A stretch of 64,000 nucleotides of DNA from Ancylonema sp. (GCA_050230475.1 JBFLGF010000005.1:1-64000), one strand, 5' to 3'; positions 12,691 to 25,900 are shown, counted from the first letter of the stretch. Notes: generated by a model from the letters alone, not told the origin. Made by a program: numbers and translations.

Positions 12691-14573
12691 ATGGGATGGA
12701 AATTTAGGCTCTAAATTTATATATGAGGGGTTATTAACTTAAAAATCCTAATAAGGGGTTGCACTTCAATTGCTAAACTGTTACGGTAGACATTGTTTTT
12801 GGGTCCCTTAACAATTTTGAACACAATGGTGCCCCTAATAACTTTCCATTCCAATGATACATGTGTTACAAGCATAATTTAAAAATTATTACACAAAACG
12901 AGAATCACCACGTTTACAAGAGCCCATTTGCAACTGCATTTACCACAACACGCATTTTGATATGCTACATCATTTTGGTAAATAAAAACGTTTTCCCCCC
13001 CTAGACCCATTTGAGCGTTTGGTATATTTAGAAAACTTGGAGCGAGAAAATTCAAAAAGTGGTGTCTCAAATGTTGAAAAAAACAAAGTGATAATCAAAG
13101 AGAGAACGGTGGAAAGCATCGCCGATTGCGTAGTCACTTCATGACGTAATCCATCACTGCATTTCTCTACAAATTGGCCATGATTTATTGGTCTACAAGC
13201 GCGAACGTGGATAAATAATGATATATGAGAGCTTCGGTCATCCCAACTTGGAGAGGAAGTGTCCAAAGGTCGTGCAAGGAAATTGATGGCATAGATTGAA
13301 TTATTTTTCAATGTCATTTACGGTAAATGGGGAAATATTTTACCTTCCCACCCGGTCCACTAGGAGGGGGACAAAGGACATGCAAGACGGTATTTCCTCC
13401 GAAGAGCCTCAATTCCGAATTCCCCGGGCGACTCAAGTCCGTGCGCCTTGGTGAGGGGTCGTTGTCGATAAGATATAATCTCTCGCAATTCATGGCAGAT
13501 AATACCCGAGGCAAGAACTTCATGCACCTGAATACTTCTTGAAAAAGGCAGACGTATGTCGGCGCAATATGTCGTGATGTCTCTGTTTTTATTTTTGGTG
13601 AAACTTGTCATCACTTTTGTTTCTTCATGTTAGAACTACTTGATAAGCACTAGGCTGGGATAAGTTTTTTGCTTGATGCAGTAAGTGATGTACGAAATTG
13701 CTAATTGTGACGACAGGATGCCCTTGAACACCTGAAGTGTAGTAAATAGCATGTGTTGTATACTCAAGCAAGCATCCACAACAAACATTGGTTATTCCCA
13801 CGGGTGGAGCTTGACAAATTTTTGGTAGGCCGAAATTTGTTGTCCGATGTCCACATAAAGTATCCGCAATGGCGGCACTCCACTTGTCACCGACAATTTC
13901 TTGGTATGAAGGCAGTTCCCCCCCCCCCCCCCCCCCAAGAACATGTAAATTTGGGCCCTAAATTGGCGGGTGGGGGTGGGAAATGCCCCTAAATTGCCCC
14001 TAAATTCAAATTTACATGTAGAGGTTTTTAGGGGTGCTTACCGGACGTACCGTACCGGCCAACTTTAATACCCAACCCCTTTTCCCAAACAATATGTTTA
14101 TTCACACCCTACCCCCTTACCCCATGCCAAATTTTTAGCCATTAATTCCATTACCCTAGCGACTTATACCCTGACCCAGCAACGGGAATTTATATGTTCA
14201 GGACCGTAAATGGACACAAAAGTAGCCCCCATATCTAGTAAAGCCTGCAACAGTTGACCACCGCGCATCGAAAATTGAAATTATTCCAAAATCGTGACCG
14301 CGGCAAAAATCCCGGTTATGTAGAGCTTGCCGCCGTTGTTACCGTGGCAGAATTTTAGGATAATACCCCACATGTCCCAAAAAACGAATTACCGAACCTA
14401 CTTAATACCCTAAATAAAAAATGTTGAGTTATTTTCCTTGCCCCACACCAGCCATAAATTATTAATTAGTGGGGTATTAAAGTTGGACGGTACGGTACCC
14501 TTATAATGCTTGTGTACGGTTACGGTCTAAATACCCCTAATTACGAAGAGAATTTTTAGACTTGTCATCCCTG
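12691..14573. mobile_element. Ac/Ds-like hAT non-autonomous element (1.9 kb)
   Basis: Ends atGGGATGGAAA ... TGTCATCCCTG. TSD atcccatg/atcccatc. Subterminal regions are the reverse complement of the 15490-16630 element. Confidence 0.8.
14050..14495. mobile_element. Tc1/mariner-like MITE nested in the 12691-14573 hAT element
   Basis: TIRs CCGTACCGGCCAACTTTAATACCC / GGGTATTAAAGTTGGACGGTACGG, TA duplication. The sister element carries the empty site (gacgTAccctta, reverse strand near 15560). Confidence 0.9.
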
Positions 14574-14950
14574 ATCCCATCTACGTGGACCGACTGCGGG
14601 CACCCCCCAAAGCGACTGCGGGCATCCCCCTCCAACCTGGCCCGCAGTCTTTCCCTTAAAAATAGGTAAGTTCAAAAAATCATAGCTTCCAATACTTTTG
14701 CGATATTGAAAACATTTTTTCTATGTGTCCGGTAGACGAGACTACGAAGTATATTATATATATAAAAAAAATATTTTTCCCTGATCAATCTGGAGTAAAA
14801 AAAATGGAGAAACTTCAGGCTTTCGGAAATTCCAAAATTCAGCGCGCCCGTTAATGAGCGGCCGGGCGGAAAGCAAAACTTTTCTCCCCCGCGGGCGGGT
14901 ATACATGAATTGCCCCAACTGTCGTCGAACTTCAAGGGCATCCGCTAAGG

Positions 14951-15367
14951 TACTGTGCGGGGAGCCCAGAGCCCACTGAGCTCAATGAGCCCAAGATCCG
15001 GGCTCATTGATCCCGGAGCCCAAAGGGGTGTTTTTCCTCCGGCTCCGAGCTAAACGTCGGAGCCCATGTCGGAGCGTAAGATCCGGGCTCGGATCCAGGC
15101 TCGGAGCCCATGATTCATAAATTCATAAAAAAGGCGGGAAAGTAACGGATCGTACGGCCAGATCATCAGGAGAGAAATGATGTTTTTTTTTTTTTTTTTT
15201 TTTCCCCAGTGTATTTTGGGCTCCGAGCCGGGCTCTGGATTCAGCTCCGAGCCCAGATCTCAGACCGAGCCCCGAGGCTCCTAAAAAAGAGCTCGGAGCC
15301 GCGATCTTGGGCTCGGATCCTGCGGAGCCCGAAGCCCAAAGGGTTTCGTTGGGCTCCCCGCACACTA
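14951..15367. mobile_element. MITE, probably hAT, rich in GAGCCC/GGGCTC subterminal repeats
   Basis: 17-bp TIRs TACTGTGCGGGGAGCCC / GGGCTCCCCGCACACTA (16/17). TSD only partly conserved (cgctaagg / cgctctaag). Confidence 0.75.
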
Positions 15368-15489
15368 CGCTCTAAGCCGCCCTACCGCTACCCGTAAAAA
15401 CGGTGGGACGAATATCAGCCGGGCAGTTGGACAAAGTTGATCATGGACTGTGGCCGGCCAGCTGGCAAGCGGCGCTCAGAGGTTGGGCC

Positions 15490-16630
15490 CAGGGATGGCA
15501 GGTTCTAAGAACCATCTTCGTAATTAGGGGTTTTTAGACCATAATAACATAGCATAATAAGGGTACGTCAGGAGAGCACCCCTAAAAACCACTAAATATA
15601 AAATTTCAATTTAGGGGTATTTTCCACCCCCAATCATCAATTTAGGGCCTAATTTGCTCCTCGTCGGAAAAATAAATAAAAAATGGAGGCTTTCTACCAA
15701 AATTTACTAACAGACAGTGAGTAAATTTTGACGGCAAGTGACGTGCCGCCATTGCGGATACTTTGAGTGGACATTGGACGCCATATGTCGGCCTTCTATG
15801 AATTTTTGAAGTCTAATCGGTAACTGTCTGCCATGGACTCTGAGACTGTGGACTCTGGCTAAAGGCACAACTGCCATGGCTAAGGACACAACAGAATACT
15901 CTCTAGGGGGTAGGCGGCCGCTAGGGACACAAATCTCACTATAAAGGGGGAAAACTCGCTATAGGAAAATATCCTAAACGATGACACGGGCCCCAATTTG
16001 TAGGGAGATGTTGATGTTTTTGTTATAGTAAGTTAATTAGCCTTCAATTTCCTTGCACAACATACTCTCCTTTCCCATTTTAGTTGTGATAACCGAAAGT
16101 TCATTATTGGGTTATTTATCCACGTTGGTGCTTGTAGACTAGAAAAGAAATGCCAATATTCAAAAGATAATGCGGCAATGGATACTTTATAAATGACTTC
16201 GCAAGGAGTGATGCTTTCAATCGTTATGTCTTAGTTTGTCACTTCAACTTTGTTTTTGTTTGAAACTTTTAGACAACAATATTGATTTCTCCACACACGC
16301 TCACTAACACGCTCAAATATGTATTGGGAAAACAAAACGTTTCTCTTAATCAGTGTAATGTAGGAGATGAAACATGCATGCTGTAGTGAATGTGGTTGCA
16401 TGTGAGCCCTTTCAAAAGTGGAGAACAGAGTTTTGTCGAATCATTTGGAATTTATGCGTCAAACACATTAATACACTGGAATGGCTAGTTTTTAGGGGCA
16501 CCATTGTGTTTAAAACTATCGAAGGACCCAAAAAAACATGTCTACCTTAGCAATTTAGAAATTTAGGTCCAGCCCCTAATTGCGGTTTTGCCCCCCAGAG
16601 AGCAATTTAGGGCCTAAATTTCCATCCCTG
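15490..16630. mobile_element. Ac/Ds-like hAT non-autonomous element (1141 bp)
   Basis: TIRs CAGGGATGG / CCATCCCTG, like maize Ac/Ds (C/T)AGGGATGAAA. Perfect 8-bp TSD gttgggcc at 15482-15489 and 16631-16638. Confidence 0.92.
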
Positions 16631-16874
16631 GTTGGGCCCACCCTACTTCGCTGTGAGCTGTTTCGGTTTTGTGGGCCTTCACCCACCTGGCCGTGCAGCT
16701 GATCTCTCAGCGTCAATCCTGTCCTAGTACATTACTACACGACAACGTTCGTAGAATAGAGAAAGTGTTGTATTCCAGGTCGCTTTGTTTGAGCCGTTTC
16801 GCAGCCCGTCCCACCGTCGACGTCTTCATTTACAGCTAAAACTGCTGGACTCGTTCTTAAGACGACGAATTGTC

Positions 16875-19093
16875 ATGGCGTCTAGATTTCGTACCCTGAT
16901 TTGGGCGGCCATATGGAGCACGCTCTTTGGATGTGGCATGAGTATTTACTGCGATGACCAAAACTGCTACGATATTCTTGGGTACGTTACTCGAACGGGG
17001 CACTTGATACGCAGTCACTTCTCTACAACGCACTTTGTAGCTGCAGATTCGGTTTCTGTTTGCATGTCTAAAAGAGTCCTCCTTTATACCACACTTGCTG
17101 CTTCCTGATCCACATTTCGGCAGAGGTGATGTGGCATGTGATTTCTACCCCAGAACGTGCAGCCGCTAATCTGCGTGTCCTTGAGTTGTCTTTTACCAGG
17201 GTGGATCAATCTGCAACACCTAAGGAGATCAAGCAGGCCTACTTCAATCTATCCATGATCTAGTAAGTGCACTTTCTGCAGAAGCCGGGATACCTAATGC
17301 AGATCACATGTGTTTGTGTATGGAACAAAAGTGATGAGAGGTCTCACATGTGAACGTAATCGGCGTGCCTGCGATTGCAGCCACCCTGACAAGAATCCCG
17401 ACCCTGGAGCTGGCAACCTCTTCGCCAAAATCGCAAATGCATATGAGGTGAGTGTGGTGGTGCTGCTGCTTGCACCTTATGACATCAACAGGGACCTGAG
17501 TGGCCTCTGTGGATCCATGATGTTTTTGAACTAAGGTTCATATAGAGATGAGGAAATCCAAGTGTAGATGGTGTTCTCATACATAGTGAGCTTTCTGCCT
17601 TCATATTGGCCGTAGTCGCCGTTCTATATGGACTGGGGGAAGGCATTACCGAGGAATGTCAGGGTGCACTTCTACAAACTTGTCTTTGCATACTTGGCTG
17701 CAGATATTGAAGGACAAAGAGAAGCGGGAACAATATGATTATGCCTTGGAGCATCCCGAACAGGTTCATTTGCAGACCCTTTTTTACTGCATCTTGTCAT
17801 CCAGCCATTGTCTTGGAGCAATAGAATCAGTCAGATGACCTTCACACAAGATGGCCCTTCGACTACTGACCAACGTGATGCTTTGGATGTGCAGTACATG
17901 TACAACACTGCGCGATACTACCAGAGTTACTACAATCCGAAAGCTGTGAGTGGTTCTTCTTGGAACGCATGCGGGGCCAATGTACAACACGCTGATGGTT
18001 AATAAGTGCCCCTTCTTCAATACTCTGCTCGCAGGATTTGCGTGCCATCTTGGTCGGAGTGTTGCTTCTCCTGTCTGCCTTCCAGTACCTCAACAACTGG
18101 ATTCGGTACAATCAGGTCAGTGTCTCTCTGACAACAACTTGACGGAGAGTCAGTAAGTGGGCAGCAACAAGGAGAGCTGCAGGCAAGGAGAGACAAGGCG
18201 AGCTGCATATCTGCGTATCAAAACAGAAGTTGACACACAAGTTTCTCATCGTCAAGCCCAAAAATGTGCCGATGAAGTAGACGGGCCTCTGAACCCGGGC
18301 TGTTTTTTCCTGCTCCCCTGCATGCAGGCTGTAGAGACGGCCAAACAGACGCCTGCCTACAAGAACCGCATCAAAGCCATGGAAGCAGAGCGGAACGGGG
18401 GCGTGCTGGGCAAGAAGAAAGGATCCAAAGGAAGAAACAGGTAGCACTTTTTTTCTTCGTCTGCTGTCTGTCCCGTCTTGCATGTTGGGCTGAGTGGGCG
18501 TCTGCTTCCTATACAGAGTGGATTCTTCGGAGAACCTAGCGGTGGAGAACCAGCCTGAACTGAAGATCCATGGAGCAGAAAAGCCAGACCTGTGGCAGTT
18601 GGTGGCTGTCGGGTTCATTCTCCTTCCGTACACTGTAGGGAAAGTAAGATTTCTTCTTCCGTTCAAACCAACTTTTGAACTGCGCGATGATGCTCGTGAC
18701 AGCAGTGAATGTTATCAGAGGTGCGGTCACTATAATCTGTGGGTTTCGGTGGTGTGGCAGCTTTTGTACTGGCAGCTGTCCTGGCTGCACCGGTACCGAA
18801 TCTCCCGCAAACCGTTCACGTATGCTGACGCCACCTACCTCACTCGAACCAGTCTTGGCCTCTTCGGGGGGCAATGGCTCTCTATAGGTACCACAACCTA
18901 CTCTCCTTTGCAACTGGTGGGATGTTTTGCGGGTAGAGAAAGTATCTCACTTGCCTTGGGGGGGTTTGGGGTGTCTGCGCAATTCGCAGATGCGGGCGAG
19001 AAACAACGGCTTGTGAATCGCAGGTTATGGGTGCAGGAAAACTTAGAAGCGTTTCGAAATGAATCTCGAAAAGAAAGAAGGGCGCGAAGATAG
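16875..19093 (+). CDS. ER membrane J-domain protein, DNAJC25 / plant C50 (ERdj7) type; about 10 exons
   Basis: Signal peptide then 'IYCDDQNCYDILGV...EIKQAYFNLSMIYHPDKNPDP...FAKIANAYEILKD..KREQYDY', TM segments ('DLRAILVGVLLLLSAFQY'), 'GAEKPDLWQL', 'RRLWVQENL'. GT-AG junctions keep frame. Confidence 0.88.
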
Positions 19094-19995
19094 TGCGTTC
19101 ATAGCGTGGCATTTGTTTGCCGGGGCCTCTTGCCTGCCTGGCGGTGTGCAAACAACGGGTTGTATTGATATTGCATCACTCATGGTCTACTCTTTGACCT
19201 TTCAATGGGTGAAGACACGCAAGCTACCATCTTCATTCTTTTACCGCTTGACAGAGGTGTCTGGCTCTTCTTATGTATGTCATATTTATTTGAAATTTTT
19301 GATGTGTCTCTGAAGTTCAGGTAGGGACTGTACACATGAGTCGGGGACTTCAGCTGTTCCCTATGTGGTTAATACACACAAAATGGGGCTGCATGGTAAG
19401 CAGTCTTTATATTTCATACTTCGGAAAATCCAATATTGAGGGTTTGCTATTTATGTAGGAACATAACATGTATTGTGCACAAATTGAATGGTGAACATCC
19501 TAATTGCACCCCTTCTCCTTTTTGATTTTTGCCGCCCGGGGGCGTTCCAAGCAGAAGTGCAATTGATTGAGGAGGCTGTAGATGCGGAAAGGTTGCCAGT
19601 CAATATAACAACTTCAAGCAGCTTACAAGTGTTTTGTTTGGCTGAAACAACTCTGGGGTGTGACTTGACTTGATAGTCATTGAGTCCCAACGATTAGGCA
19701 TCATCAGTTGTCCAAGTGCTGCTAATGAGTGGGTTCTGTGAATGTGGATCAGTTCATTGCAAAATACCGACTCTCAATGTGGTCACAGACGGGTGAGTTT
19801 AAAGTGCACCAAACAAGCTTCCGTCATAATGAGTACAACATTTTACATCGAACTCTCCATATTGTCACTGGCATTCCTTCCTTCCACCATTTTCCACCCC
19901 TCATCAGAAGAACCTTCAATTATAGAAATTGGTGTAGTCACCATCAGTGAAGTAATCCGAAAGGTCTCAATGTTACTTTTGAGGGTTGTCTAATC

Positions 19996-20221
19996 CACAG
20001 TTGCGTCCGGGAATCTCCAGACGCGTCCAGGACGCGTCCCGGACCCGGACGTCATAGCCAAAATCTGATATTCATATTTTTAGAACCCCCAGATTTATGT
20101 AACTTCAGAATGAAAACCTTTTTTCTTATGTTTTGCATCTTAGTTGCGTCCGGGACTGTCTGGGGATCTCCTGACGCATCTGGGACATGTCCGGGATCCT
20201 CGCGTCCCGGGCGCAACTATG
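19996..20221. mobile_element. hAT MITE (226 bp)
   Basis: 17-bp TIRs CACAGTTGCGTCCGGGA / TCCCGGGCGCAACTATG (15/17). Perfect TSD gtctaatc at 19988-19995 and 20222-20229. Confidence 0.93.
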
Positions 20222-20559
20222 GTCTAATCCATGTACCGTACCAGCCACAAATAATGACCCACTATTTTTTTTTTAAGAAAGAAGCCAATAAACCACCAAT
20301 TGACCCAACCCATGCACCCAATAATAAAACTCCACACTCTTTAATTATAGTTATCATCTGGTGACCCACATTGACAGTGTCTAGGATTTAAAAGGATTTC
20401 ACCCAACTCTGTGATTTCCATATTTGAAAACATAATCAAAATGTTGCATTGCCCTCAACTCAAGGTCTTCTACCAATATGATACACGTGTGCAGCTTGAT
20501 TTCTTCAATCAACACCAACTCTCAGCACTCCTCTCGCTGAAGATGATAGTTCATGGATG

Positions 20560-22639
20560 TCATTCTGCAACTGCTTCTTGCACTGAAGACTCTAAAAATT
20601 TGTCGACCGCCTCTCTGCTTGGCATGCTTGGAATTGCACCCTTTTCAGACCCGGAGATGGAAGCCGCAGCCGCTGCAAAGGGTAACGGTCAAGAGGTGAA
20701 TTTAAGTGATAGGAGAGGACTAAGTGAGACGTGGAAATCCCGAAAAGAAAAATATACTTCCTATTCTGCTTATTTTATAGAAAAAAAAACCAGATTTCTT
20801 TCGAAGATCCTTTTCTTTTAAGTGATCTCCCCATCCTAGACTAGAGGACCAAATGCAAAGACTTTTTTACTAAAGGCTTTGCATCGTACTTTCATCATCT
20901 CCACACGAGCTATGATGCACACATAAAAACAGCGCTGGAAATCCAAAACTCACCGGCAAATCTGAGAGCTTCGACTCGTGACTTCTTCTCCGCCAGACCC
21001 ACCGCATACGCTGCAGTAAACGTATCGCCCGCTCCCGTCGTATCTACCACCGACGCCGCACGGATACAGGGCTGAGACACAGACTCGCCTTCTGAGTGCA
21101 CCAAAAGGGATCCAATCTCCCCCAGCTTCACCACCACCTCTCCCGAAGCCTGCAACCCAGAGAAAACCAGAGCAGGTTGAGGATGATGGGACAGCTTTTT
21201 AATCTAAAAACATTTATGTGCGTGGGGTTCGTTTCTCACGTTCTTCAGGCAACTTCTTGCGGCGGCCTCGACTCCGTCTCGTGTGGCGGTTGGCATACCG
21301 GTTAACCGCGCCAGCTCCGTCTCATTGGGGCTGAAGGTGGTCACCAGTTTCAAGAGGTGGTCGGAAAGGGGCCCATCCGCCCCACCCGCATCCATGATCA
21401 CAGGGACGCCTGCACTGTGCGCCACCTGGCATCGCCCTGTGGGGACACGTGTCAGGCTAGGGGGCCACGGGTGTTGATAGAGGTTGGAGGACGGAGAAGC
21501 AGAACTTTATTTTAAAAAACTTTCCGATCCCTGGTTGGCATTCTGCTCGGCATCTGCTCAACCTCCGAGAAGTTTCCATCATGAAGAGTAGTGGGGTCAC
21601 TACGAGGAGGGGGGGCATATCTGCATTGCGTACCTGGGCAGCTTCCAGGTTGAGTTCATCTGGGACCTCCCTCTGAAGCAGCAAGGCAGCCCCTGACTTG
21701 ATCAATTCCCTGGAACCGACAAAACAAAGACACCGTCCCGTCTATTCTAAAAGTCAAAGTTGAGAGTCTGGTGGACTCCAAACCTGTTTGCACCTTGTCC
21801 TCCACAGACTCCAGACCCCAGTCCCCAGACCTCCACAGTTGCAACTGAAAAGCAAACGACGAAGAATGGAGAAGGGGGGTGCGGTGCGTGGCGCATTGCG
21901 GAAAGGCTGCACCACTCACCTGGCTTCAGGAGGGAGGCGGGAATGGGTGGTGGGCGATAGAGGCCAGGCCATGTTCGCCCCCCCGACGATGATGATGGAG
22001 TTCTGTCCGCAGGGCTGCAGCAGTACGAAGGCATGGCCTGTGGGCCCCGCCACCTCACCAAGGTGGTCGATACGCACTCCACAGGCGGAGAGAGCATCTG
22101 ACAACAGCTTGCCGTTCTCGTCTCTGCCCACCTGGAGATATAAATGAGCCCATTATGAGCCCCTAGTGTTTGATTCTGCTCTGATCGTGGTGCGGCTCAC
22201 AGATTTACAATCTTGTTCATTTCTTGGAGATGGATGGAGATGATGTGCGCCTACACCTGTGTTTTTTGTTTCTTCATGTGCAAGGAGGTGAAGGGGAATG
22301 GCGGAACCTGTCCAATGAAGTAGGTGGGGTAGCCCAATTTGGCAGCACACGCTGCTTGATTGGCCCCCTTGCCACCTGGCAGAACAGCCCCTGTTTCTCC
22401 ACTGACAGTCTCCCCAGGGGCAGGAATGCGCTCGACCTCAATGTACACGTCGGCATTGGCTGAGCCGACCACAACCAATGGCGGAAGTGCGGCGGTGGGC
22501 CCGGATCGCTGCAAGACAGCAGCGAGCGTCCATGCCACGTCAGCGTGACGAGTATAACATGAAGCGTTCTGAAATGTCAGATTTTTGTTTTTAATACGAG
22601 GATGTAATGAGAGAAAGGTCGCACCTCTGCACTCGCCAT
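20560..22639 (-). CDS. RBSK: Ribokinase (PfkB family), multi-exon; an alternative in-frame start lies at 22714
   Basis: 'VVVGSANAD', 'PGGKGANQA', 'PTGHA', 'LLLQREVP', 'SPNETEL', anion-hole 'DTTGAGDTF', C-terminal 'KGAIPSMP'. Stop TGA at 20562-20560. Confidence 0.92.
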
Positions 22640-22993
22640 GAGTCGGAAGGGGACGGGGAAAACGAATTGGCACAAGCCGCAAAGTGTGTGGCACAAATTA
22701 TGTTTAACCTGCATGGTTAATTCCAAGCCCGCGAAAGTGAAAATCCCGGGGGTCTGCCCCGGCGGATTTCAACCGCAGTTGCGCCTACAACCAGCCGCGG
22801 TCAAGGCTCTCCGCCCTAAGATTCTTAACCAACGTTAATCCAGTTTATCCGAACCCCTCTGACAAAATGATCCGCCAGCAAGCCAACTACCGGGATCGAG
22901 TATCTTTTCCCCTGACGATGAATTAAGCGAAAGACAGCAACTCAACTCTCTGTACACAATCATACTTTTGTACTCCAGTCAAGTTAGGTTGCA

Positions 22994-25900
22994 ATGGACT
23001 CTGCTATTATCGAGCGAATCAAGCCGAGCAAGCTAGTTGCTCCAGAATCCTTCATGGATAGGCATTTGCCGAAGACAGATTCAGAGAACTATTCATCCGT
23101 CCATGCAGCATTGCTGCAGTCGGCTGAAAAAATATCTGACGACGACATTCTCCTTGAAGACGACGCCTTACTGCTGGAAGGGTTTCTGGAGGTTTTGAAG
23201 GATCTTAATGGCGAAGAAGCTGCTCAGACTGTAAGTTACCGAAACTGGTAATTGTCCGAGGATCAAACGACTACTGTAAATCCCTCGCTATTGACACGCC
23301 TACTACACTTTGGAAGGCTCTTTCGCCAACCCTCGCTCATCCGTGGTAATAGTGATGACATTGGAGACAGCGGGGTGGTTGCAGATCGAGGATTGTTACA
23401 CGCTGTCGGCCGCTTACAACCACTCCAATAATCCCGCGGACCTCAAAAAGCTGGAAAATGTTATCGACTCCCTCGGCCCCTCTGACTCCATCGTCGTGGC
23501 GAGCGCATTCTCCCACATGCTGACCCTCGGCAATGTTGCAGGTCGCAATTATCTCCACCTTCATTTTCCCCTCGCCAGTTTCCACAATCAACTTTCAAAG
23601 CAGTTATGCGATTTGCATCACATGGTCCCAGACATGTGTTGTTGCCGACGCGAAGGCAGTATCAGCCAGGTTGGCCATGCGCCGCTAGTTTCTCAAAAGA
23701 TGTCTAGCGATAGTAGGGCAGCGATAAAAAAAAATCTTCCTATAGTCGGTAGGCAGTCACGTGATTCGGTCAATGCCTCTCAACCCTCCTCTCTCGCTCC
23801 CTGGCAGAGGAGATTCAAATGGCGGTCCGTCGCCGGTCGTCAGTGAAACGGGGCGGTCTGGATGACGAGGCCAGTGCGTTGACCGAGTCTAACATCAAAG
23901 AGACTCTGGTGAAGCTGATCGAGATGGGAAAAAGCAAGGAAGAAATATTCGAGGCTCTGAAAGCTCAGAAGGTGGATTTGGTGCTCACAGCCCACCCGAC
24001 CCAGTCCATTCGGAGGTCTCTGCTGCAGAAACATGCCAGGTGAATTCATGGTCCTCCTCTCACTGACATCACCACAGGGGATACAACTTTGTGCGAACCG
24101 GCAAGGGGACAGAAGCCATATAGAGGCGTTAAGAGTGTTCCCAGTCCCTCTGCACACAGTCGGTGCAGGAGAAACATCCCTGCCATTGGTCGTATCAGTT
24201 GTACCTCGGAATAGCAGGGAAAACGGGCCATACACATGACTGTAAAAAAGGTACTAGCTCCAAGAAGGTACAGGTCCCAATACGAGCTGACCGCCCGAGG
24301 GGGTTGAGGATCCTCTCCAGGATCCGATCTCTTCTCACCGAACGCCACGCCGGCAAGATGACCCCCGACCGCAAATCCGAGATCTCAGAGGCTCTGAAGC
24401 GCGAGATCCAGGCTGCGTGGCGCACGGACGAGATCCGGCGCACAGCGCCCACCCCCCAGGACGAGATGCGCGCGGGCATGAGCTACTTCCACGAAACCAT
24501 CTGGAAGGGCCTCCCGCGATTCCTGCGCCGCGTGGACACCGCGCTGGCGCACATCGGGATCCACGAGCGCCTTCCGTACAACGTGCCTATCATCCAGTTC
24601 TCCAGCTGGATGGGGGGAGACCGCGACGGGAACCCCCGGGTGACGGCGGAGGTGACCAAGGACGTGTGCCTGCTGGCCAGACTCATGGCAGCGAACCTCT
24701 ACTTTGCGCAGATCGAGGACCTCATGTTCGAGGTGGGCCACACACGATTCGGGGGGCTTTGTTGCTCTGCGGTTAGCAACGCTTTCGTGGGCTGACACGT
24801 GTGTATGCGTGTGTATATGTGTGTGTTTATATGTGCCAGCTGTCCATGTGGCGCGCCTCGGATGAGCTCAAGGAGCGGGCTAAGAACCTCGCAGTGGCAG
24901 ACAAGAAGAACGTAAAACACTATATCGAATTCTGGAAACCGGTGCCCGCCACGGAGCCGTACCGCGTGATCCTGAGCGACATCCGCGACAAGCTGTGGCA
25001 CACGCGCGAACAGGCGCAGAACCTGCTGACCCTGGGGAAGAGCCCCATCACCGAGGCGGAGGTGTACTCGTCCACGGAGCAGCTCCTGGAGCCCCTTGAG
25101 CTCTGCTATCGTTCCCTCACGGACACGGGGGATAAGGCGATCGCGGACGGGACCCTGCTGGACTTCCTGCGCCAGGTGTCGTGTTTCGGTTTGTCCCTGG
25201 CCAAGTTGGACATCCGTCAGGAGTCGGAGCGGCACACGGACTGTGTGAACACCATCTCGGAGTACCTCGGGCTGGGCAGCTACCGCAGCTGGAGCGAGGA
25301 GAAGAGGCAGGAGTGGCTCATCGCGGAGCTGCAGAGCAAGCGTCCGCTGTACGGAGCGGACCTGGTGATGAGCGAGGAGATGAAGGACGTGATGGATACC
25401 ATCAAAGTGGTGGCCGAACTGCCGGCAGACTCCTTCTCCGCTTACGTCATCTCTATGGCAACCACGGCCTCCCACGTGCTCGAGGTGGAGCTGCTGCAGA
25501 AGGCGGTTGGGGTGGAGAAGACGAGGAGGGTGGTGCCCCTGTTCGAGAAACTGGACGACCTCACCACTGCAGCGAACACCATGGAACAGCTGTTCAGCTG
25601 CAAGTGGTACTTCGACCACATCAAGGGGGAGCAGGAGGTGATGATCGGGTACTCGGACTCGGGCAAGGATGCCGGCAGGCTCACCGCCGCCTGGGCCATG
25701 TATAAAGCGCAGGAGGACCTGGTGAAGGTGGCCAAGAAGTTCAATGTGAAGCTCACCATGTTCCACGGCAGGGGGGGCACGGTGGGGCGGGGGGGGGGGC
25801 CCACCCACCTGGCCATCCTGTCGCAGCCCGCAGAGACGGTGAACGGCAGTCTGAGGGTGACTATACAGGGGGAGGTCATCGAATCTTCCTTTGGAGAGGA

